From a virus (lineage: Duplodnaviria > Caudoviricetes), in IMG/VR virus record IMGVR_UViG_3300042314_000891, positions 21,799-85,798 of that record: 64,000 nucleotides of DNA. One strand, written 5' to 3'. The notes beneath the pieces are model-generated. The model had not been told where the DNA came from and ran no database searches. It saw only the letters and a list, made by a program, of their open reading frames with translations. Below are positions 46,127 through 55,064 of this stretch, piece by piece. Position numbers and translations under genes: made by a program. How positions within the stretch are numbered: position 1 is the first letter of the stretch; each line of letters starts with the position of its first letter.

Positions 46127-47751
46127 TGAAAAACTTATTATTCGGATTGGTGTTTATATTAGCATCATTTACATCTTTTGGGCAATTGATAATAAACCAA
46201 GAAATCGTAAACTCAAAACCTTATAGAGTTGGGGATACTCTAACTATGAGATACAATGTTGTTAAAGGAACTACAAATCCAAGATACCTATGGATGCGTT
46301 ATCAGTATTCAAACAAGCACCTACAAAAATTAGGTCCTACTGTATTCTCACAAGGACAAACTGCTCAAAACTTTGAAGCAACTTGGCCAAACTATATGTT
46401 TACACAAAATCCTATAATTGGAGTTGGTGAATTGGATAAGCAATACGCTTCAACACCTTGGAACTATTCACAGAATGGTGATTGGATAGCAAAGCAATTT
46501 ACAACACAAAGAGCAGATGCAGTAATTGATGGTTTATGGGCAACTGAAAAGTTTATCTTATTAGAAAACTCAACGTATCAAGCCATACACAAATTGGATT
46601 TGGCAACTGCTAATGGAACAAATGATGCAGCAATCACACCAATTGGTTCTCAAGTTCTTCAATTATCTTTTGCAGATGCAGATGTAAAGCACGTTTCCGC
46701 ATTTAGAGTAAGAGTTGCATATCCAGGTAATTTTGATGTTACATCATTATCAGTTCTAATCCAACCATTAAACGCAGATGGAACTACTAATTTTTCTGCT
46801 CCACAAATAGCAAAGACACCATTAAACTCTGCGGGAATGGTAGATTTCGCACAATTTAATATTGGTGATAAATTTGGAGTATATATTGTTCCAACTACTG
46901 GAGCAGGTTATTTAAACAATGTAGTAACTGTTACCGATGCTTATAGAGCATTTTTAGCAGTAACCGATGTTGGATTAAATGGTACATCATCTATATTTCA
47001 ATACCCTGCAATCGAAAAGGCAATTGGTAATGTAACAATTGGTGATGGTGATTTTAACAACAATGATGCTTATTATTTATTTGCACACATTTTAGGACAA
47101 GATGTTGCTTCGAAGGCAAACATAACTAGACAAGGTGCAAATCCATTACAATTTATATCGGTAAAGCAATCGGCATTTCCAAACTTTGCAGCGGCACCAA
47201 CTAACAATTCAGTAACCATAACATCGGCAAATCAAACGGAGATTTTCTCTTACGCGTTTAGTGGTGATTTGGATTTCTCACACTCTTCTAATCCTGGTAA
47301 TCCAATAACTGCAAATAGTGTTGGTGGACAAGGTACAATGAATAGAACAATAGCTAACAAAGGTATCTACGCAAATCAAGTTACTAAAACTGCAACATTA
47401 AGTTTATCATCTAAAATTGAAAACAACAAAGTTATATTAAGTGGTAACTTAACGCAAGCAGGATTAGCAGGATTAGAAGTTATTTTGAAATATGATAATT
47501 CTAAATTAACTTTGGATGGTATTGTATTTGATGCAGGTTCATCTATAACTAACTTTTCAACAGATAAAGATGGTAGATTAACATTTGGTTCAATGGACCA
47601 AATTAAAACTGCTAGAATTAAAACTGGTACACCATACAAATTAACTTTCACATCTAATGTTCCTTTAACAAATACTTCTGGTTTATTCTATACTGAATTA
47701 GCAGATGCAGTTGATGGAAACGGAAATAAGATTGGTTTAAATGTAGAGTAA
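46126..47751 (+). CDS. Secreted protein with dockerin-like and C-terminal cohesin-like segments
   Basis: Signal peptide ending 'SFGQ'; 'VTVTDAY', 'DGDFNNNDAY', 'GDLDFSHS'; C-terminal 'AGLEVILKYDNSKL...DAVDGNG'. Confidence 0.55.
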   Translation: MKNLLFGLVFILASFTSFGQLIINQEIVNSKPYRVGDTLTMRYNVVKGTTNPRYLWMRYQYSNKHLQKLGPTVFSQGQTAQNFEATWPNYMFTQNPIIGVGELDKQYASTPWNYSQNGDWIAKQFTTQRADAVIDGLWATEKFILLENSTYQAIHKLDLATANGTNDAAITPIGSQVLQLSFADADVKHVSAFRVRVAYPGNFDVTSLSVLIQPLNADGTTNFSAPQIAKTPLNSAGMVDFAQFNIGDKFGVYIVPTTGAGYLNNVVTVTDAYRAFLAVTDVGLNGTSSIFQYPAIEKAIGNVTIGDGDFNNNDAYYLFAHILGQDVASKANITRQGANPLQFISVKQSAFPNFAAAPTNNSVTITSANQTEIFSYAFSGDLDFSHSSNPGNPITANSVGGQGTMNRTIANKGIYANQVTKTATLSLSSKIENNKVILSGNLTQAGLAGLEVILKYDNSKLTLDGIVFDAGSSITNFSTDKDGRLTFGSMDQIKTARIKTGTPYKLTFTSNVPLTNTSGLFYTELADAVDGNGNKIGLNVE

Positions 47752-49685
47752 TGAGAAAACTACTTGTTGTAATATTAATATTATTATCCAGTAGTATATC
47801 CATAGCACAATCCATTACACAACCTGCCTCCAAAAAGTTTGAATTAAACGTAAGTGGGCAGGCGTGTAGTGGATTTGTTTTGAATGGGTTTACTTCTACT
47901 GATATATTATTGGCATCAATAGGGTTTATCAATCCACCAGCAGGTACAACATTCAATTTAACCACAACAACAGGTTTAACACCCGCATCTGGTTTTACTT
48001 TAACCGGTAATAAAGCTCGTTTAGTATTTACGGGAACTCAAACAAACATAAATAACGCATTAGCATCTCTAAAAATAAATACAGGTGCAACTGCCGGTAA
48101 TGTTCAAATATCCGTATCAGCAACTTTAAATCCAACCGGATTTTATTACAATCCAATAAACGGACACTTTTACAAACCAGTAACTCCTGGAGATACATAT
48201 ACGGGAGCAAGAGCAGCATCGTTACTAACAACATTCAAAGGACAGACAGGATATTTGGTAACGATTACTTCTGCCGATGAAAATGCATTTATATTTGCCA
48301 ATGTACCACAAGCTAATATATGGTTTGCAGCAACGGATGAGGTAATTGATGGTAGATGGGTGATTGATGCGGGACCTGAAAAAGGAACGGTAATGAAAAC
48401 ATCAAATGGACAAACTGCCGGAAATATACCGGGTGTGTATAATAACTGGGCACAGGGTGAACCAAATGGTAGTAATGGTAGTGAGAATTATGCAGTAACC
48501 AATTGGAATGGACAATCAACTTGGAATGATTTATCAAACAATTGGACTAATCCATACATAATTGAATATGGAACTTGGACTAATCCCGATTCACAAACAT
48601 TTACAAATTTCTATTCGGCAAACGTAATAAACCCAATAGATGTTCCATCATCAAAAGTTAATTTTTACTTTGGTGGAGGTATAAACCCATCTCAATGGTC
48701 AGTAAAATCTTATACCGCAAATGGTGCAACTCAAGTTAGTACAACAACCGGTTTAACTTTGGGAACAAATGGTAGTGTAGTTAATACTAGTGATTTTGTT
48801 AAAAGTAAAACGGATATGGTTATGTATTTATCCAAACTACCATCAACTACTTTGTTCAATTTATATGGGAGTGTATTAACTGTGGGAGATGCTTATATGG
48901 CATTTCAAGAGTTAGCAAATAGAGGATTGAGTGGAACTGAAAGTAATTCATTTTCAAATGGGGTACAATTTTTAAATGCAGATGTAGATGGTAATAATGT
49001 ATTTAACGAAGTAGATTCATATAAAATACTACAACACGTAATAGGTGGTACTCAAATAGTTTCTACTTGGAGTGAAGATAATTTATTCAGATTGGTAAGA
49101 AAAAGTACATTTGATGCCATAACTAAAGCAAATTGGGCAACAACAAATACACCATATAAAGCAAACTATCCATTAGCAGTTGATGCTTCTATAAATGATT
49201 ATGTGTACCATATAGTAGTAGCATTAAAAGGTGATGTAAACTTATCACATACACCCGCACAAAACACACAAACTACCGCAAGTACAAATCGTACTATGAG
49301 TTTAACTACACCAATGGAAATTTCTACTTATGTATCAAGTGAAAATATTGGTGGTAAGGTTGTAGTAAGTGTAAAAGTAAATACATTAGGACAATCATTA
49401 AAAGGTATTCAGTTAAAGTTAAATTATGATAAAGATATATTAAAATATCAAAGTACGGAATATACTACCGATGGAAATCCTACAAACTTTTCAAATGATA
49501 CTGGTAATTACATAAACTTTGGTTCTTTGATTTATAGTGGAAACGGATTACTAACTGATAATACTGAATACAAAATAACATTTTTACCAAAAATTGGTAT
49601 TGAAGGTGTATTGGGATTAACATCAATTTCAGCAACAGATGCGGTAAATAAAGATGGTAAGCAACTAAAAATAAATCTAAATTAA
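47751..49685 (+). CDS. Secreted C-type lectin-domain protein with dockerin/cohesin-like C-terminus
   Basis: 'GYLVTITSADENAFI', 'NWAQGEPN', 'WNDL'; 'ADVDGNNVFNEVDSY', 'GDVNLSH', 'GIQLKLNYD'. Confidence 0.7.
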   Translation: MRKLLVVILILLSSSISIAQSITQPASKKFELNVSGQACSGFVLNGFTSTDILLASIGFINPPAGTTFNLTTTTGLTPASGFTLTGNKARLVFTGTQTNINNALASLKINTGATAGNVQISVSATLNPTGFYYNPINGHFYKPVTPGDTYTGARAASLLTTFKGQTGYLVTITSADENAFIFANVPQANIWFAATDEVIDGRWVIDAGPEKGTVMKTSNGQTAGNIPGVYNNWAQGEPNGSNGSENYAVTNWNGQSTWNDLSNNWTNPYIIEYGTWTNPDSQTFTNFYSANVINPIDVPSSKVNFYFGGGINPSQWSVKSYTANGATQVSTTTGLTLGTNGSVVNTSDFVKSKTDMVMYLSKLPSTTLFNLYGSVLTVGDAYMAFQELANRGLSGTESNSFSNGVQFLNADVDGNNVFNEVDSYKILQHVIGGTQIVSTWSEDNLFRLVRKSTFDAITKANWATTNTPYKANYPLAVDASINDYVYHIVVALKGDVNLSHTPAQNTQTTASTNRTMSLTTPMEISTYVSSENIGGKVVVSVKVNTLGQSLKGIQLKLNYDKDILKYQSTEYTTDGNPTNFSNDTGNYINFGSLIYSGNGLLTDNTEYKITFLPKIGIEGVLGLTSISATDAVNKDGKQLKINLN

Positions 49686-50575
49686 TGAAAAAATTTACAC
49701 TAATAATGTTATTACTTTGCGTAGGATTTATTTCAAACGCACAAATACCCGCACCTGATACATTGCAACTATCACCAAAAGAATTATTTGGGGAAAGTAA
49801 TGATTGGAACAATGTGGGTATATTACAATCCTATGTTAATTTTTCAAAAGATGTTCTTTCATCATCAAACCTTTCGGTAGGTATTATCGGAAGACAGGTA
49901 TCCACCACACTTAATTTGGGGTATAATAAATCATCTTCAAATGGACAATGGGGAAATACATTTGCAGTATCAATAAATCCTATATGGAAGTATTATGGTG
50001 CAGGTTATGGTTTAAGTAAAAACACAGAAAAAAGAACAACCACATTACAGACATTTTATTCAACTGATTTTGATTTTCAAAAAGATATTACTCTATCATT
50101 TATTGATGTACACAGAACTGAAAAATGGGGGACATTTGGATATAGTTTAATTGCATCGAAATCATTTTGGGATAGTTACCAGGGTGAGTGGGAAGGAAAA
50201 TATACAGTAGATGCAAATGGTGATTTTAAAGATTTAATATATCCACAAATACCTGCATCAAGTGAATTGAGTTATAGGGGTATGGTGATGTACACATATA
50301 CATTGAAAACAAAGAGAGTAAACATATCACCACAAATATTTACAATGAGTGATGTATATAAAGTATATAAAGATAGTGAATTGGATATATCATATTTTAA
50401 TGATTTCAATTTGGACTTATATTATGGTACATCTATTGATTGGAAAATAACTAAAAGATTTGTGTTAAATACAAATATTAGGTACAACACAACTTTTGAT
50501 AAAGAAAGTGAATCGGTTGGATATAAAAAAAGTAACCCAATCTTATTTATGATAGGAACAAACTTTCAATTTTAA
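49685..50575 (+). CDS. Putative outer-membrane beta-barrel protein
   Basis: Signal peptide, alternating aromatic strands, C-terminal Phe ('GTNFQF'). Confidence 0.6.
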   Translation: MKKFTLIMLLLCVGFISNAQIPAPDTLQLSPKELFGESNDWNNVGILQSYVNFSKDVLSSSNLSVGIIGRQVSTTLNLGYNKSSSNGQWGNTFAVSINPIWKYYGAGYGLSKNTEKRTTTLQTFYSTDFDFQKDITLSFIDVHRTEKWGTFGYSLIASKSFWDSYQGEWEGKYTVDANGDFKDLIYPQIPASSELSYRGMVMYTYTLKTKRVNISPQIFTMSDVYKVYKDSELDISYFNDFNLDLYYGTSIDWKITKRFVLNTNIRYNTTFDKESESVGYKKSNPILFMIGTNFQF

Positions 50576-50919
50576 TGAAAAAATTATTATACATATCGTT
50601 TTTATTTTTAGTTGGATGTAGTGGTCCTGAATTGGAAATGCCAGAAGGATTATCAATTGATGATATATTTAGTGTAAGTGAGAGTAATGTTACAAATGGT
50701 GAATCTATACACTTTGATTTGCCAGAAAAAGGAACTTATACATTAACTTTAATAGATAAAGAAAGTGGACAAGTAATCGGTAGAGAAAAGTTTATTGGAC
50801 AAGGTGGAGAAAATGTAAAAAAGATTTATACGAAATCGTTACAAAGTAGATATTTATATCTGTTATTAGAAGATGTTACTAAAAAAGAATTAGGAAAAAC
50901 AACAATAATAATAAAATGA
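50575..50919 (+). CDS. Lipoprotein
   Basis: Lipobox 'LVGC'. Confidence 0.65.
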   Translation: MKKLLYISFLFLVGCSGPELEMPEGLSIDDIFSVSESNVTNGESIHFDLPEKGTYTLTLIDKESGQVIGREKFIGQGGENVKKIYTKSLQSRYLYLLLEDVTKKELGKTTIIIK

Positions 50920-51290
50920 AAAAAATAGTAGCATCAATATTGGCAATTGGATTATTAGTATCTTGTCAAAACGAAGAATTATTATTACCACCACCAACAA
51001 TGGAAGTAACTGAAAAATTACAAATAGTTGGTAATATGGGTATTAAAGTAGAAACTCCATTTGTAAAAAATGAAGTTGCTATGAATGTAAAAGCTGAAAC
51101 TGCTGGAACATATGTAGTAAAAATATTAAACATATCAAACAAATCAGTATCAAAAGAAGAAGTAACTATAAAAGCAGGAAACAATCTATTAAAGATTTAC
51201 GCAAACGCTTTACCATCTTCAGCATACAGAATTGGTTTGTTCGATTTAGAAGGAAACCTATTAGGAATAGCAGATTTTAATAAATTATAA
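50916..51290 (+). CDS. Lipoprotein, paralog-like of the upstream ORF
   Basis: Lipobox 'LVSC'; shares 'GTY...I...K....G.N..KIY...L.S..Y' pattern. Confidence 0.65.
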   Translation: MKKIVASILAIGLLVSCQNEELLLPPPTMEVTEKLQIVGNMGIKVETPFVKNEVAMNVKAETAGTYVVKILNISNKSVSKEEVTIKAGNNLLKIYANALPSSAYRIGLFDLEGNLLGIADFNKL

Positions 51291-51314
51291 TAACAAATTA
51301 CAAAAAAAAAGATT

Positions 51315-51635
51315 ATGTCAGAAGAAAAAGAAAACGGCGGTGGTTCATTAAAGAGCATCCTTATTGGTTTAGCAAGTACAGTTGCATTGGGCGTTGGTGG
51401 ATATGTAACCAAACAATTAACTGGTGAAAAGGATGAGCCGGCAGCAGCAGTATCAGCACCTGCACCTGTAATCAATATCACTAATTCACAAACTCAACAA
51501 CAATCTGCTGGTGGTAAAACTATCATCATTAACAAAGGTGGAAACGGTGGAACAGCTAAACCAGCTCAACCAGCACCTGCTCCTAAACCTAAAAAAGAAG
51601 CAGACGAGTTTAAGGAAAAGCCAGCAGCTTGGTAA
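51315..51635 (+). CDS. Single-pass membrane protein with Pro/Gln-rich tail
   Basis: N-terminal hydrophobic helix. Confidence 0.6.
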   Translation: MSEEKENGGGSLKSILIGLASTVALGVGGYVTKQLTGEKDEPAAAVSAPAPVINITNSQTQQQSAGGKTIIINKGGNGGTAKPAQPAPAPKPKKEADEFKEKPAAW

Positions 51636-51641
51636 TATAGT

Positions 51642-51992
51642 ATGGAACATCAGCAACCAGACGGATTTAAGCAACTCTTAAATCAGATGATGAAAAGAAG
51701 GTGGTTAATTACATTAATTGTATTAATTACTTTTATGTTTACTACATTTGGGATTCTTATTTCTATACACGTAGATACGATTGTAGGACAAGAGTGGAAA
51801 GAATTGTTGTTATTGCTTTTAGGAGCATTCATTGGTTCTTATGGTAAGATTATTGATTATTGGTTCTCTGATACAGACAAAGATAAAATGTTAGTTCAAA
51901 AAATGGACGAGGAAGACGGTGTATCCTTATCAAACACAGGCGGAGCATCTGCACCAAATGAAAGTGATGAAGCACACCATAATATAGATTAA
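51642..51992 (+). CDS. Two-helix membrane protein
   Basis: Two hydrophobic segments, 'IIDYWFS'. Confidence 0.6.
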   Translation: MEHQQPDGFKQLLNQMMKRRWLITLIVLITFMFTTFGILISIHVDTIVGQEWKELLLLLLGAFIGSYGKIIDYWFSDTDKDKMLVQKMDEEDGVSLSNTGGASAPNESDEAHHNID

Positions 51993-52013
51993 TTAAAAAT
52001 AAGGGGAGTAACT

Positions 52014-52313
52014 ATGGGTTTTTTTAAAGATTTGTTTGATGATGATAATAACATCAACGAAAAATCAGTTGTAGGATTTGCATCATTTGGAATAATGGTT
52101 GTTGCAATAGCAGTTGATTTAGTAACAGGATATATGGGTAAGGAATTACTTATCAATGAGTATATCTTTAATGGTTTCTTAACCATAACATTGGGTTCAT
52201 TTGGTATAGCATCGGTTGACAAGTTTGTTAATAAAAAAGCCGAAAATGATAAGCTAAATCATTTGGATAGTATTAAGCCAGAACCAATGAAGGAAGAAGA
52301 GGAATTAGGATAA
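52014..52313 (+). CDS. Two-helix membrane protein (holin-like)
   Basis: Two hydrophobic segments, charged C-terminus. Confidence 0.5.
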   Translation: MGFFKDLFDDDNNINEKSVVGFASFGIMVVAIAVDLVTGYMGKELLINEYIFNGFLTITLGSFGIASVDKFVNKKAENDKLNHLDSIKPEPMKEEEELG

Positions 52314-52321
52314 TGTATTGA

Positions 52322-52353
52322 AAAGGGAAGAACGAAAGTTTTTCCCTTTTTTT
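52322..52353 (+). terminator. Intrinsic terminator
   Basis: AAAGGGAAGAAC-GAAA-GTTTTTCCCTTT plus T-run. Confidence 0.75.
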
Positions 52354-52385
52354 ATATACTTATAGGAAAGAAAAAACTATAAGAT

Positions 52386-53105
52386 ATGAAGAATATATTT
52401 CTAATTTTAGCAATGGGATTATTGACCTTTATTGCAAAGGGACAGGTAGTTGGAAAGACTACTACGGAAAACTACAAAGCGAGTTTTGAAACAAAAGTGG
52501 ACATAAGTGAGTTGATGGATTACGATGGTCCAACAATTCCAATTCAAATCTTAAAATGTGGAATAAGTGATGAAATTTTGGAACAATATCCGGAACTTAA
52601 AGAAAAGAAGGTGGGTCTTGGTGTGGCGAATATATCTATGGAATACCTTGAAAATCTTAACCGTTTTACTTTTACAGAGGACAAAACCGAAATCAAAAAT
52701 CGAATGGTTAAACAATTTCAAGCTTCTCAAGCGGGCATTTCCCAAGATAAGTTAGATGGTAGAGGTAAGATTAGATTAGCACATTATTTTGTATCTATTG
52801 AGGTATATGATTTCTCTATTAGTGAGGATGAAACAATCAATTTAAAAGATGGTGTTAAAAATAAAATGGTTACTCGTTTAGGTTTGCAAGTTCGTTTCAC
52901 AGATGCTGAAACAGGTGAGGTATTTGGTGCATCTGGTTTAGGTGATGCAACTACCACAAGAGAATTATCACTATTAAATGATGATAACTTATCAGATGTT
53001 AAATTCAATCAATCAACGATAGGAACATCTACAAAGAAAGCATTAGATATTGCTTGTGCAAGAATATTGTTGCGTATGATTAAGAAAGGTAAATTTACAA
53101 AATAA
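52386..53105 (+). CDS. CsgG/HfaB-like secreted protein
   Basis: Signal peptide; 'LENLNRFTF', 'LQVRFTDAETGEV', 'KKALDIA' resemble the CsgG/TolB-N fold. Confidence 0.6.
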   Translation: MKNIFLILAMGLLTFIAKGQVVGKTTTENYKASFETKVDISELMDYDGPTIPIQILKCGISDEILEQYPELKEKKVGLGVANISMEYLENLNRFTFTEDKTEIKNRMVKQFQASQAGISQDKLDGRGKIRLAHYFVSIEVYDFSISEDETINLKDGVKNKMVTRLGLQVRFTDAETGEVFGASGLGDATTTRELSLLNDDNLSDVKFNQSTIGTSTKKALDIACARILLRMIKKGKFTK

Positions 53106-53107
53106 TT

Positions 53108-53845
53108 ATGACAAGAAACGAAGCATTATATAACTCAAAATTAGCAGTACTAGCTTATTCAAACAAAGACCAAATCAATTGGGATGAGAATGGATTAGAG
53201 TTAGTAAAGTGGATTGAGGATAAAAAATCAGATACACAAGGATTTGTAGCAACAAAGGATAAAACTATATATGTAGTTTGGAGAGGTAGTGAATCAAAGA
53301 AGGATTTCCAAAATGATGCTTCAATTGATAAAGTACCATTTATAGAAGAGAATGAAAAAGTTCACATTGGATTTAAAAGTTCTTGGGAATCGGTAGTGGG
53401 TGATACATATGATGCAATTGATACTGCATTAGAAAACCTACAAGGTGAAACTACTGATATTGTAGTTAGTGGACATAGTTTGGGTGGAGCAGTAGCAACA
53501 TTATATGCATACTCAATTAAGAAACACTATCCTCACTACAATGTTAAAGCAACAACAATTGGTAGCCCGCGTGTTGGTAATAAAGCATTCAAAGAAAACT
53601 ACGATAAAAGTGGTATAGATACTTTACGAATAGTACACAACAACGATTTAGTAACACATACACCATATATAGGATTTCATCATGTAAACTACCAAGTAAG
53701 ATTAGATACGGCTGGTAATAGATTACAAAATGATAAATCACTAAAATCGCTTTGGTTGTACCTAAAATCATTATTTTCAGGTAAAACTATTAAAGACCAT
53801 ATGGGTGATGGTTATATGAAAGCATTAGAAAATTGGGTGAATTGA
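53108..53845 (+). CDS. Lipase class 3
   Basis: 'VWRGS', 'VHIGF', GHSLG nucleophile elbow, 'GSPRVGN', 'DLVTHTP'. Confidence 0.9.
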   Translation: MTRNEALYNSKLAVLAYSNKDQINWDENGLELVKWIEDKKSDTQGFVATKDKTIYVVWRGSESKKDFQNDASIDKVPFIEENEKVHIGFKSSWESVVGDTYDAIDTALENLQGETTDIVVSGHSLGGAVATLYAYSIKKHYPHYNVKATTIGSPRVGNKAFKENYDKSGIDTLRIVHNNDLVTHTPYIGFHHVNYQVRLDTAGNRLQNDKSLKSLWLYLKSLFSGKTIKDHMGDGYMKALENWVN

Positions 53846-53851
53846 TAATAT

Positions 53852-54160
53852 ATGTCATCAATAAGAGTTACATTATATGAAGATGAAGATGTATTGGTGG
53901 AATGTGATTATTTACTTAATCGTACCAAAGTTGCAATGCATATAAGTTTTAATGAGGAAGTATGGTCACATTCTTTTTTTAAGAGAATGGTATATATATA
54001 CGTTGGTATACTTGATAACTTTAAAAAAGAAGGATATACAGAAATATATGGAGCACCCCCAAAGGGAAATATTAAAGCAAAGAAATTAGCACAAATGTTT
54101 GGATTCAAAGATTGGTTTGAAAACAATGAGTTATACTTAATGAAAATGGAAATAAATTAA
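53852..54160 (+). CDS. Hypothetical protein (possibly GNAT-like)
   Basis: 'KAKKLAQMFGF' ending. Confidence 0.5.
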   Translation: MSSIRVTLYEDEDVLVECDYLLNRTKVAMHISFNEEVWSHSFFKRMVYIYVGILDNFKKEGYTEIYGAPPKGNIKAKKLAQMFGFKDWFENNELYLMKMEIN

Positions 54161-54180
54161 ACAACTAAACAACTAGAATT

Positions 54181-54981
54181 ATGGGAAGCGCTGGAAAAGC
54201 AATTGAACAGGCATTTGTAGATGCCGGAAACGCAATTAATGATAATGTTATTCAACCAATTGGTAACGCATTTGTAGATGCGGGAAATGCAATTAATGAT
54301 AATGTTATTCAACCAATTGGAAGTGGTATAAACACTGCAATAGGTAGTGTAGAAGATGCATACAACTATTCAGTAGCATTTGCTACCGATAGTGCACACA
54401 GAGTAGAAAGTGCAGCTTGTACTATTGCAAGTACTACCGAAGAATTTGCAAAGGTAGGATTTGATGTAACTCAAAATGAGTTTGTTCAATTATCTAAACA
54501 AGCCGAACAACAAATTGTTGCGGGTGTTGAAATAGTGGCAGCAGGTGCAGTAGCTGCATATAATTGGGCAGATGCAAATGCTTGTACAATTGGAATAACT
54601 GCAGCAATCTCTACGGGTTGTGTTTTAGCATTTACACCGGCACAACCTGCTGGAGCAGCAACTTCAACTACATTATCATTGATGGCTACGCCGGTTCTTT
54701 ACGTTGCAGATATGGCAGCTAAAATGGCAGTATCAACGGCAATGGGTGTAATAGTGGCAGATGGATTTTTAGCAATACCTGGTGTTGGTGGAAATGTTGA
54801 CCCACAATTATTAAGAAATGTATGTTCAAATTGTATCTATTATAGTTTAGATTCGGCTGCATTATGGGCAACGCCTGCTGGAGTTGGTATCGCAATCGGA
54901 GCTGCAGTAGCACCAGTTGTTGCATCTTTGGTATGTACTAGAACTTGTCCTAATGGATTCAGTAAAGCATTGGGTGCATAA
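54181..54981 (+). CDS. Ala-rich hypothetical protein with N-terminal tandem repeat and hydrophobic Cys-containing C-terminus
   Basis: AFVDAGNAINDNVIQPIG twice (57-bp period, 54211-54320). Confidence 0.6.
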   Translation: MGSAGKAIEQAFVDAGNAINDNVIQPIGNAFVDAGNAINDNVIQPIGSGINTAIGSVEDAYNYSVAFATDSAHRVESAACTIASTTEEFAKVGFDVTQNEFVQLSKQAEQQIVAGVEIVAAGAVAAYNWADANACTIGITAAISTGCVLAFTPAQPAGAATSTTLSLMATPVLYVADMAAKMAVSTAMGVIVADGFLAIPGVGGNVDPQLLRNVCSNCIYYSLDSAALWATPAGVGIAIGAAVAPVVASLVCTRTCPNGFSKALGA

Positions 54982-54988
54982 TATATAT

Positions 54989-55006
54989 TTAACAATTTCG
55001 TAACAT
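54989..55006 (+). promoter_or_regulatory. Pho-box-like direct repeat
   Basis: TAACA repeated with 11-bp period (TTAACAATTTC-GTAACAT) upstream of the TonB receptor. Confidence 0.35.
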
Positions 55007-55064
55007 ACGAAATGGTATTTTAATGAGATAGTTTCCTACTTATTGTTGAACTAAAAAAACAATA

